DNA of 64,000 nucleotides from an uncultured Candidatus Saccharibacteria bacterium. GTDB lineage: Bacteria > Patescibacteriota > Doudnabacteria > UBA920. The notes under the pieces are model-generated. The model was not told the DNA's origin, made no database searches, and was given only the letters and a program-made list of their open reading frames with translations. Numbering within the stretch: the first letter of the stretch is position 1; every line of letters starts with the position of its first letter. Location: the NCBI GenBank assembly GCA_964561085.1, contig CAZLNP010000001.1, positions 75,335 to 139,334 on the forward strand, written 5' to 3'. Of the stretch, positions 28,420-36,710 are shown piece after piece. Both the position numbers and the translations under genes were made by a program.

Positions 28420-29184
28420 CTATATCTTCTCCCAAATACCTTTAAACATCTCGCGTAGGTTTTGCGCCATAACTGCATCGTGAGTCTCAACCATATAATG
28501 CGGGTGTTGATTTGTAACTATAAACATTACATAATCTCCCAAGACCACATGCGTTGCGGTAAAGTCTACAGTTTTATCCCAATATTTTGTTTGACGTCTA
28601 TCGTCAGATACTCTATTCGCAACTTCTTTTTCAACTTGTTTGTTATTTGTAAATACTCTTAAACCAAAATTTTCCGGAAAGATTTCCCAATGATACTCAA
28701 CCCAATCTTTATATTCTTCCAATAGAGAAGTGTCCTGGAATCCCCACCAATTTTTATCATCTAATTTCTTAGCACTTTCTATCCAAACTGGTAATTGCTT
28801 TTTAAGAAAATCAGCTAGCTGAGGTTCATCTATAAAACGAATTTTAGGCACTGAATACTGCTTAGACTTAGGTAACGCCTGGAGTTCTAAGATTGCCTGT
28901 TCTATGGCAGTCTTTTTTTGTTCTAATTCCTGCTCTTGAGATTTATATAGAGTACGAAGCTCTTCAGGTGGCAAAGCAGTGTAATAAGTAGTAGTTCCCC
29001 CTAGGTCTTCTTGAATAACCCCCTTTTTTACAAGTTCCTTTGAAACACCATATACAGTGGTTCTATTGATTTTAGAAATACGAGACACATCAGCGGCTGA
29101 TAGTTTGCCATTCTCTTGAATACATAGATATACCGAGATTTCTTTATCAGTGAAGCCTAATTGTTGTAAATATTCATTTAACAT
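28420..29184 (-). CDS. TrmB-family transcriptional regulator
   Basis: LGFTDKEISVY...INRTTVYGV..LVKKG wHTH plus C-terminal effector domain. Confidence 0.9.
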   Translation of the reverse strand: MLNEYLQQLGFTDKEISVYLCIQENGKLSAADVSRISKINRTTVYGVSKELVKKGVIQEDLGGTTTYYTALPPEELRTLYKSQEQELEQKKTAIEQAILELQALPKSKQYSVPKIRFIDEPQLADFLKKQLPVWIESAKKLDDKNWWGFQDTSLLEEYKDWVEYHWEIFPENFGLRVFTNNKQVEKEVANRVSDDRRQTKYWDKTVDFTATHVVLGDYVMFIVTNQHPHYMVETHDAVMAQNLREMFKGIWEKI

Positions 29185-29283
29185 AGCTTAATTATAGCAT
29201 GTTGTTGAAGATAAATCAACAGTTATTTAATGGCTTATTTACGATATTATTTAGATTAATTTCTACATTCTTTTGAAGTAGTA

Positions 29284-29312
29284 TTGACAAAAGAGCAAAA
29301 ATCTGTTATACT
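29284..29312 (+). promoter_or_regulatory. Sigma70 promoter for PLP-enzyme gene
   Basis: TTGACA-17bp-TATACT with extended TG. Confidence 0.75.
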
Positions 29313-29363
29313 GGTAAGTCAAAAATAAAAACTATTAAAAAACAAGTCTTGAGGAGGACAATA

Positions 29364-30422
29364 ATGAATACACTATCGAACAAAAGAAAGGCTCTCTATG
29401 CTTCAATCTTGGGTTCTGTAAAGAACTCCCCTGTCGAGTCTATCGAGTTTGAGGGTAACCATTACCACTTCAAGCTTGATTACAAACTTCCCTACGGGGA
29501 ATGCCATTATGCCAGAGTGTTTTCTCAGCTAATATATCTCAAGGAATGCTTAGGCATTATCAAACCTGGAGATACATTACTAGAAACAACTTCCGGTTCT
29601 GGCGGACGAGGTGCAGCTGCTGTAGCAACTGCTCTTGGATACCGGATTATAATCGGCCTTCCCGCCGGTGGAGAAAAAGCTCGTGAAGATGCCATCAAGA
29701 AAGCGGGTGGAGAACTACTTCTTACGCCGTCTGAAGCTTACGTAAATGGTTTCCCGGAATTCATCAAAAAGTATCTTGTTGAAAACCGTGGAACCAGATA
29801 TATCAATCATGTTATGGGCGATATATCTGGCAGAGGGATTTCCATTAATCATGCGGCGATTAATGCCTTCCGCCCATTTGTGTACGAAGTATTGGAAGCT
29901 GGTATTAAACCAGACGTTGTGATCAGTCCTCTTGGCAACGGGACTACAACGCTTCCAATGGTTGAGGGGTTCAAATCTCTCTTTGCGAAAACAGAAGTTG
30001 TAGGTTTTGAGTCTGTTGCTGCCGGTTATGCACACAGAAAATACTATGCTGGCAAGTACGAAGACATCTTCGGAATAAACCCAGATGTGTTTACTCGGCA
30101 TGACCTGCCGGGCTCATCACCTTCTCACACAACTTTTCCAATGCCCGCTCTAGATGCAGCAATACCGCAACTAGATGGTGTCGGATTGGTGACAAGTGAT
30201 TACACAGATCGACTGTTCAGTGAAACCGTTGGCTTCAAGCCTTCGGATAAAAGTAACTGGGTCGTGAAGTGGGATGACTTTCATCATTCTGCGCTAACGG
30301 AATTTGGCCGGACTGGCAGAGCCGGTTTCGCACTCGCCGTCACATTGGCACGTAAAAAAGAAGTGTCTGGCAAACATTTTCTTGTACCAATATTTGACGC
30401 ATCCTGGCATTACGATAGCTGA
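29364..30422 (+). CDS. Fold-type II PLP-dependent (cysteine synthase-like) protein lacking the canonical Schiff-base lysine
   Basis: LLETTSGS, PLGNGTT, VVGFE motifs; ECHYAR where CysK has SVKDR; GAGGAGG SD before ATG 29364. Confidence 0.8.
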   Translation: MNTLSNKRKALYASILGSVKNSPVESIEFEGNHYHFKLDYKLPYGECHYARVFSQLIYLKECLGIIKPGDTLLETTSGSGGRGAAAVATALGYRIIIGLPAGGEKAREDAIKKAGGELLLTPSEAYVNGFPEFIKKYLVENRGTRYINHVMGDISGRGISINHAAINAFRPFVYEVLEAGIKPDVVISPLGNGTTTLPMVEGFKSLFAKTEVVGFESVAAGYAHRKYYAGKYEDIFGINPDVFTRHDLPGSSPSHTTFPMPALDAAIPQLDGVGLVTSDYTDRLFSETVGFKPSDKSNWVVKWDDFHHSALTEFGRTGRAGFALAVTLARKKEVSGKHFLVPIFDASWHYDS

Positions 30423-30431
30423 AAAGCGCTC

Positions 30432-30467
30432 GAACTGATTATCTTTACGATAGTCAGTTCTTTTTTA
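30432..30467 (+). terminator. Intrinsic terminator
   Basis: GAACTGATTATC-tttac-GATAGTCAGTTC-TTTTTT. Confidence 0.8.
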
Positions 30468-30571
30468 TTCTAAGAACATACTTTTACATGAATTATATGA
30501 ATATATTACTTGTACATTTCTATGACTCTCGGGGTCATCTAGTGAACTCTAGGAGGTGTCTGAGTTTCCAT

Positions 30572-30630
30572 ATAAACTTCTCTTACTAAAGCCAAATAGT
30601 TTTTCCACCTGTACCTATAGGACCTACCAC
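30572..30630. repeat. attR-like site 1 (P-arm + CTACCAC core)
   Basis: 50/58 identical to 31675-31732; core matches the tRNA 3' end; followed by terminator 30639-30661. Confidence 0.85.
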
Positions 30631-30782
30631 GCAAATTCAAAACACCCTCACGGGTGTTTTTGCGTAGGTTTTCATTGGCTATGCGTGAGTTTTCAGTTTG
30701 ACCTAAAAGTTTTGAAAACCACATGGTATCCATCGTGATTTGAAAACTTTATTAGCTAGGGTAAAGTGAGTATAATGAATAT

Positions 30783-31667
30783 ATGAGTGAATTTAATAAA
30801 AACATACCAGGTACAGAGTTCAGTAATATCCCAGCACAGAGGGAAAATATAGAAAAACCATCTCCGGAATCCATTGCTTTAGAAAAACTAAAAAGCTCAG
30901 GCGAGATATTGTCCTATTACAAACAAAGCCGATCTACTTATATCGACATGAATGGTTGGCAAACTGATTTATCTGACGAAGAGGTTATTAACCATTTTAA
31001 GGAATCCCCTACTTTATTCCATAGCACATTTTTAACTAAAGAAAATAAAATAGAGCGGATAGGCCAGCAAGGATTAACAACCGAATCCTTCCGCGAACGC
31101 GCTGGTATTAAACCAGAACCACCCCTTGCAGAGGTGGTACAAGAAGCGAATGAGTATACAGAAGACGACTTTTGGAATGACATGATGGAAATGGAATATG
31201 ATATGGATAGTGCTTTCAAAAAAAGTCCTGAATACAATAAAAAGTATATATCCTTTTCATACTTACCTTGGTGGAATGAGCGTGAGATTATTGAAGATGC
31301 CCCGAATTCCGAATTTGACTTTGATGATAATGGCAAGATTAAGGATTTGAAAATTAGCATAGCACTTAATCCAAAATCTGGCCGTAGAATAATCGAAGAA
31401 AATCTAGAAAGCTTGAAAGATAATGATAGCGAGATAGCAAAGTTAGGCCGATTAACTTCCTTCTGCGAAGTCCTCGAACCAATCCGAACGGCACCCAGAG
31501 ATTTTGCTGCAATATTCCTATTAATCAAAGGTTACGAAGATATTGACGATCCAAAGAAAAAAGAATTATTTGTAAAATTTATTGAAAGATTAGGAGGCAA
31601 AAGTCAGTTGCCTATCTTTGATTACTACGGTAATTTGCTTTGGCCCCACCAGAATAAAGCTAACTAA
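30783..31667 (+). CDS. Acidic hypothetical protein (294 aa), sole gene of cassette 2
   Basis: ORF with upstream TATAAT; lies between att sites 1 and 2. Confidence 0.75.
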   Translation: MSEFNKNIPGTEFSNIPAQRENIEKPSPESIALEKLKSSGEILSYYKQSRSTYIDMNGWQTDLSDEEVINHFKESPTLFHSTFLTKENKIERIGQQGLTTESFRERAGIKPEPPLAEVVQEANEYTEDDFWNDMMEMEYDMDSAFKKSPEYNKKYISFSYLPWWNEREIIEDAPNSEFDFDDNGKIKDLKISIALNPKSGRRIIEENLESLKDNDSEIAKLGRLTSFCEVLEPIRTAPRDFAAIFLLIKGYEDIDDPKKKELFVKFIERLGGKSQLPIFDYYGNLLWPHQNKAN

Positions 31668-31674
31668 TGATATA

Positions 31675-31732
31675 ATAAATCTCTCTTACTAGCGCCATAA
31701 AGGTTTTCCACCTGTATCTATAGGACCTACCA
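31675..31732. repeat. attR-like site 2
   Basis: Diverged copy of site 1 ending CTACCA; followed by terminator GAGACCC-aaat-GGGTCTTTT (31748-31769). Confidence 0.85.
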
Positions 31733-31786
31733 ACAGTCCGCAGTATCGAGAGACCCAAATGGGTCTTTTAAAATAATTTATTATAT

Positions 31787-32596
31787 ATGAAAAATCGCAT
31801 CATTTTAATAAGCATAATATCCATTGCTTTATTAGCCGTTAGCTGCAGCGAGCAAGCACCGTCTGTTGATAATGCCAATACAAACTTACCTACATCAAAT
31901 TTACAAGAAGCAGATAATTCAAATAATTCTCAGCAAACCGATAATAATTTTTACGACAAAATTAACCAGAATACTAGCACTTGGAAAACATATTCCAATA
32001 ATTCTTTAGCGCTATCGTTTCAATATCCTAATGAACTAGGTGAAGTAAAAGAGGGCGCGGGTTCAAATGGTTATTCTCATGATTTTTCATTCACAAAAGA
32101 AAACCAAAGCTACAGCTATACTGCCATTCTTCCTTTTTCCCGAGATTCTATAAATAGCTATAACAACCAAATCAAAATTGAAAATATGGGAGAACGAGGC
32201 CCAGGTGAAACAAACGATTTTCCTGTAGAAATAGCAACTACTATAATTACTACAAAGCCAGTCGATTATAATTGCTCAAAAGATTTTGGACTTGATGTAA
32301 CTGCTAATGAATTTTGTAGCATTGTAAATATTAACGACACCAAGATTATCAGATCCATAACCAACGGCGATGGGCCTAATGGTAGAGATGCATCGTCTCT
32401 TGCATATTTATTCTATAAAGATGGTGCTTGGGTATCGTTTGCAAAAACTTTTTATGTATATCGATTTAGCAATGACGAAAGTTCTTACCCCAATTCCATG
32501 CTGAGCAAAGAATTAAATGCAAAAACGCGCAATGAAAAAGTAAAAGCTGAATTGGATATATTCGATAAGATGTTAAAAACAGTAAGTCTGGAATAA
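31787..32596 (+). CDS. Lipoprotein (PsbP-like external domain), sole gene of cassette 3
   Basis: Lipobox LAVSC, Asn/Gln linker, WKTYSN....SFQYP and FDKMLKTV ends. Confidence 0.8.
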   Translation: MKNRIILISIISIALLAVSCSEQAPSVDNANTNLPTSNLQEADNSNNSQQTDNNFYDKINQNTSTWKTYSNNSLALSFQYPNELGEVKEGAGSNGYSHDFSFTKENQSYSYTAILPFSRDSINSYNNQIKIENMGERGPGETNDFPVEIATTIITTKPVDYNCSKDFGLDVTANEFCSIVNINDTKIIRSITNGDGPNGRDASSLAYLFYKDGAWVSFAKTFYVYRFSNDESSYPNSMLSKELNAKTRNEKVKAELDIFDKMLKTVSLE

Positions 32597-32689
32597 TCAT
32601 ATTTGCATCGATTTTGCCCTAAGACTCGAATGCATCAAAACGACTGTGTGAAATCTCCTAGAAATCCTTTATAGCTCCCCTAGTTGATC

Positions 32690-32714
32690 AGTTCTAGACG
32701 CGGTATCACTACCA
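32690..32714. repeat. attR-like site 3 (degenerate tRNA 3' end)
   Basis: AGTTCTAGACGCGGTATCACTACCA is 18/25 identical to tRNA 15968-15992. Confidence 0.7.
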
Positions 32715-32752
32715 AGAAAAAAGTACTCCAATTATTGGAGTACTTTTTTCTT
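32715..32752. terminator. Bidirectional terminator, probably the original tRNA-Glu terminator
   Basis: AGAAAAAAGTACTCCAA-tta-TTGGAGTACTTTTTTCT immediately after ACCA. Confidence 0.8.
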
Positions 32753-32805
32753 TGCCATGCTTGCTTATTGAAAGCAGTTCAATCCAAACTACTCCTAAAT
32801 AATTC

Positions 32806-33549
32806 CTACTTCTTAGTCACACTTTCAATTGCTCTAAGGATTTCAATCGGTAAAGCAAAGATGACTGTGTTGGATTTATCTGAGCTTAAATCATTTATAG
32901 TATTCAAAGTACGCAAGTGCAAAGCACCTGGTGCTCCAGACAAAGTTTCAGCTGCCTTCGCTAAGTTATCTGCAGCAACGACTTCCCCCTCAGCTTGAAT
33001 AATCACAGAACGACGTTCACGTTCTGCCTCAGCTTGACGACCAATCACACGCTTCATTTCTTCCGGCAAAACTACATCTTTCAATTCAACAGATTGCACA
33101 TCAACTCCCCAAGCATCGGTAGCATCATCTACTATGCTGCGAATTCGTTCTGCGGTTGCTACACGACTAGAAAGTAATTCATCTAAAGTGACCTCTCCTA
33201 CTACATTACGCATAGTCGTTTGAGCTAACTGAGAAACAGCGTAATAAAAATTCTCTACCTCGATGATCGCTTTTTGTGCATCGGCAATTCTGTAGTAGAT
33301 AACAGCGTTTACACTTGCTGAGATGTTGTCCTTAGTAATAGTTTCTTGATTTGGCACATCCACTGCTTTAATACGCATATCAACTTTTTGATAGCTCTGG
33401 AATACAGGGATGACTAATCTCCAGCCTGGCTCCATAATCCCAGAGAACTTTCCGATTGTGAACCTGACCCCTCGTTGATATTGGTTTATCTGTTTGATTG
33501 AGATAAGCAAGATGAAACCAATAGCTCCTAGCAAAATTACAAATATCAT
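32806..33549 (-). CDS. SPFH/band-7 (stomatin/slipin) family membrane protein
   Basis: ITKDN.S..V.AVIYY, QTTMRNVVG, WGVDVQSVELKD, QAEAERERR. Confidence 0.95.
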   Translation of the reverse strand: MIFVILLGAIGFILLISIKQINQYQRGVRFTIGKFSGIMEPGWRLVIPVFQSYQKVDMRIKAVDVPNQETITKDNISASVNAVIYYRIADAQKAIIEVENFYYAVSQLAQTTMRNVVGEVTLDELLSSRVATAERIRSIVDDATDAWGVDVQSVELKDVVLPEEMKRVIGRQAEAERERRSVIIQAEGEVVAADNLAKAAETLSGAPGALHLRTLNTINDLSSDKSNTVIFALPIEILRAIESVTKK

Positions 33550-33581
33550 AGTTTTATCCTTTAATTACAGTTAGTCTAGCA

Positions 33582-34760
33582 CTAAGATTTGCGAGCGTAA
33601 ATATACGCGGCAAGCAGCGTAGCCACTGGCACTGCCAATATTAAAGTGATGCTTCCCACCAAAGCTCGCACTAATTCTTCAGCCATGAACTCACTATTAA
33701 GTAGAATCCAAAGCGGCTGAGACTTTTGTAAGGTCAGCAGTAAAAACAGTGGCAAGGCTGCGCCGGCATAGACTAAAATTAATGTGTTTATTAGAGAAGC
33801 AATGTGTTCTCTACCAATCGACAACCCTTTTTGATACAAAGCTTTCACGGACAAAGTTTGATCAGTTTTGTGCAACTCTTCTACGGCGGCAGTTTGAGCC
33901 GTTGTGACATCATCCAGAACTCCTAGAACAGAAATCATAATACCAGCAAGTAAAATCCCTTGAAGATTAATACTACCTAAGAAACCTGTCTCTAGAATGA
34001 AGGCATCGCTTTGACCGAACCCAAATATACTAGAAATTTGTACGAACGCGTAAGCAATGGCAGCCGTAATAGCTAAAGAGATAATCGTACTGACAGCAGA
34101 AATTTGAATGCGCTTATTGAACCCATGAGAGATGAACATGCTTACTAACACAATTGCACCTGCTCCAACCAGTGCCACCAAGAACGGATCTTTCCCCGCT
34201 AAAATTTGTGGGGCGATGAAGAAAAGAAGTATACATCCAGTTATTCCTAATCCTATTAGTGAAGTTAAACCACGGCGGCGCCCAACAATTAATGCCAAAG
34301 CTAAAAATACACCAACAACAATGTATAGCCCCGGAAGTCTGTACCGATCTATAATCACATATTCTTCAGTCACTTCCGCGGAAATCGATCCAAGCACGAC
34401 TTTATCGCCGACTTCATATTGCACACTACGAGCTGCATCTAGAATTTGGGTGTTATCTACTAAAACTTCTTCACCTGCATCTTCAGCGTCATCAGTCAGC
34501 CTTACTTTTAGTTGCTGAGTTATGTATTGAGTTCGCTGAACATCATCAACTTGCTCAAAAATAACTTCAATAACTTCCCCTTTAGCATAGCCCTTAAATG
34601 AGGTTGTATCTTGAGAAGCGTTCTCTTGGCTAAAAGATGAGTTACTACTTGGCAATTGCAAAACATAGACCCCAGCCGCGGCAATAATGATAGCAAATAC
34701 AATTAGAAGATGAATTAATCGAAATTGTTTAAACATATTTATAGTGTACATTTTCCGCAA
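33582..34760 (-). CDS. YibE/F family membrane protein
   Basis: LGVLDDVTTAQ, GREHIASLINTLILVYAG motifs; start may be near 34736. Confidence 0.92.
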   Translation of the reverse strand: MRKMYTINMFKQFRLIHLLIVFAIIIAAAGVYVLQLPSSNSSFSQENASQDTTSFKGYAKGEVIEVIFEQVDDVQRTQYITQQLKVRLTDDAEDAGEEVLVDNTQILDAARSVQYEVGDKVVLGSISAEVTEEYVIIDRYRLPGLYIVVGVFLALALIVGRRRGLTSLIGLGITGCILLFFIAPQILAGKDPFLVALVGAGAIVLVSMFISHGFNKRIQISAVSTIISLAITAAIAYAFVQISSIFGFGQSDAFILETGFLGSINLQGILLAGIMISVLGVLDDVTTAQTAAVEELHKTDQTLSVKALYQKGLSIGREHIASLINTLILVYAGAALPLFLLLTLQKSQPLWILLNSEFMAEELVRALVGSITLILAVPVATLLAAYIYARKS

Positions 34761-35170
34761 AGTCCGAACAACTCAAAAGAATGTCCAGTCACTTGCTTAA
34801 AATTTACAGAGTTTTTAATAGCTTTGCTTATGATGGAATCAAGATCACAATTCTCTATGTCTTCCACTTTCCCGCACTGACTACAAATAAAGTGATGATG
34901 ATCCTCTAAACCCGCAAACTCATAATGACCATGTCCATGCTGAAAATTAATTTGTTTTATCAAACCCGCCGCTAAAAACTCTTTGATAGAGCGGTAGACA
35001 GTCGCCATATCTGGAGCAGGTTCAGTGAATTTTCTATAAATCCCTTCTACAGACAGCGGCTTCTTACTCTTTGCCAATATAGACAAAAGCTGGACTTTTG
35101 ATTGAGTCGCCTTGAAACCTGCCTTCCTTAGCAAATCAGCGTATTGATTGTCGATTCTAGGTGTTTTCAT
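34739..35170 (-). CDS. Fur-family repressor (probably Zur)
   Basis: ATVYR, HHHFICSQCG, C-terminal CGKC; divergent from ZIP transporter. Confidence 0.92.
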   Translation of the reverse strand: MKTPRIDNQYADLLRKAGFKATQSKVQLLSILAKSKKPLSVEGIYRKFTEPAPDMATVYRSIKEFLAAGLIKQINFQHGHGHYEFAGLEDHHHFICSQCGKVEDIENCDLDSIISKAIKNSVNFKQVTGHSFELFGLCGKCTL

Positions 35171-35201
35171 GTTATTTACATACTAGCATTTAGTTGATCT
35201 A

Positions 35202-35220
35202 AATGCAAATTACTTGCATT
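35202..35220. promoter_or_regulatory. Fur/Zur-type palindromic operator
   Basis: AATGCAA-attac-TTGCATT between divergent fur and zip genes. Confidence 0.7.
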
Positions 35221-35267
35221 ATCATTTTAGATATGATAGTATTGTTTCAATCAATAATATTTTTCAA

Positions 35268-36146
35268 ATGACAACAATCTATATTTTATTAGCCTCGTTC
35301 GCGGTGATGCTTATGTCTCTGGTAGGCATATTTACCGTGACTCGAGTCTTCCGTGGATGGGCGGAACGAAATCTAAAATACCTGGCAACTTTTGCAACTG
35401 GTGTCTTCATTGTGGTTGCATACAACTTAGTCAAAGAAACTTTTCATAGCGATATTGCTCTCGCTCCCCTACTTGGAATCATGCTAATTGGAGTTCTAAT
35501 TGCTTTTGCGGTAGACAAAGCTATCCCTAACTCTCATCACCACCATGACGATAGCGAGCACCCGGATTCACACAGTAAAGCTGGGGCACAAAGAATCATC
35601 CTCAGCGATACATTACACAACATTACTGATGGGTTTTTAATTGTCCCAGCCTTTTTAGTTGATGTGCATCTAGGATTGCTTACAACTGCAGGCATTATGA
35701 TTCATGAGATAGCGCAAGAAGTTTCAGAATTCTTTGTTCTTAAAAGCGCAGGATATTCGACTAAAAAAGCACTTACCATAAACTTTGTGACATCGGGGAG
35801 TATTCTACTTGGAGTACTAGGAGCACTATTCATTACCAACATTTCTGAGGACATAATTTTCTCTCTACTAGCAGTGGCTGCAGGAATCATTGTTTACACT
35901 ATATTAAAGGATTTAATTCCTTACTCACTCTCTGTCGCTAAAAAAGAAAAGACTTACCTAAAACATCTTGTTGCTGCGCTGGCTGGGATTGCAATCATTG
36001 CCGCGTTAACAACTGCCACTGCAGATACCCATGTTCATTCTGAAGATGAACATGCCCATACTGAGGAAATTCATCTTGAAGAAAATCACTCAGAGGAACC
36101 TAGTGCTGATATAATTCATTCCGAAGAAGATACACATTCTCACTAA
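35268..36146 (+). CDS. ZIP family zinc/metal transporter with His-rich loop and tail
   Basis: LHNITDG, IHEIAQE, HHHH loop, His/Glu-rich C-terminus; ATG 35268. Confidence 0.93.
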   Translation: MTTIYILLASFAVMLMSLVGIFTVTRVFRGWAERNLKYLATFATGVFIVVAYNLVKETFHSDIALAPLLGIMLIGVLIAFAVDKAIPNSHHHHDDSEHPDSHSKAGAQRIILSDTLHNITDGFLIVPAFLVDVHLGLLTTAGIMIHEIAQEVSEFFVLKSAGYSTKKALTINFVTSGSILLGVLGALFITNISEDIIFSLLAVAAGIIVYTILKDLIPYSLSVAKKEKTYLKHLVAALAGIAIIAALTTATADTHVHSEDEHAHTEEIHLEENHSEEPSADIIHSEEDTHSH

Positions 36147-36182
36147 TCAAAAAAGCAGGCAATATTGCCTGCTTTTTTGATT
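36145..36182 (+). terminator. Intrinsic terminator
   Basis: AATCAAAAAAGCAGGCAAT/ATTGCCTGCTTTTTTGATT perfect palindrome. Confidence 0.85.
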
Positions 36183-36361
36183 ATCTATCACTTTTAGGCT
36201 ATACTAACTAAGCCTTGGATATTGCTGAGGGAGAAGCGATAGGTCTCGCGTTATTAGACAGCGAGCGCTTCAACCATTGAATCAATATCAATTATAACCG
36301 GCTTGTCCGGTCTTTTTTTATATCAGACCGTGGCACAAATTTATAATTAAAGGAAAAACAT

Positions 36362-36667
36362 ATGCAATGTCCAAACGATCAAGCGACTCTCTTAATGACT
36401 GAACGACAAGGTATCGAAATTGATTACTGTCCTACCTGTCGAGGTGTATGGCTAGATAAAGGCGAGCTAGATAAACTAATTGCTAATAGCGAAGTCGGTG
36501 CTGCTCCTGCACAGTCATACCAGTCCCCTGCGCCACAACAACAACCGCAACAGCAATATCAGCAACCGCGCTACGAACAACAGCGTCCAACTTACTCAAA
36601 CGACGACCATAACTACAAAAAGAAGCACAAAAAAGAATCATTCTTAGGAGATCTATTCGATTTCTAA
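36362..36667 (+). CDS. zf-TFIIB domain protein
   Basis: MQCPND...IEIDYCPTCRGVWLDKGELDKL; ends KKESFLGDLFDF. Confidence 0.92.
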   Translation: MQCPNDQATLLMTERQGIEIDYCPTCRGVWLDKGELDKLIANSEVGAAPAQSYQSPAPQQQPQQQYQQPRYEQQRPTYSNDDHNYKKKHKKESFLGDLFDF

Positions 36668-36710
36668 ATGATTTTAGTAAAACACGTGGCCCACAAAAAT
36701 AAGAACATGA

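Larger units (their letters stand above)
15987..30630. mobile_element. Integrated phage-satellite-like element/genomic island at tRNA-Glu 3' end
   Basis: CTACCAC core at 15987-15993 and 30624-30630; serine recombinases adjacent to tRNA; replication and TerS-like genes; visibly more AT-rich than the flanking core genes. Confidence 0.85.

Noticed and set aside
15993-30630. Complete prophage or conjugative ICE
   Set aside because: No capsid, portal, tail, lysis, relaxase or T4SS genes recognised.
30539-30733. 64-aa minus-strand ORF as an independent gene
   Set aside because: It crosses a terminator and att site; only its 3' half looks coding and is better explained as the displaced recombinase tail.
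30572-32714. CRISPR array
   Set aside because: Repeats are ~1 kb apart with genes between them, and no cas genes are present.
32690-32714. Second tRNA gene
   Set aside because: Only a degenerate 3' fragment; no cloverleaf.
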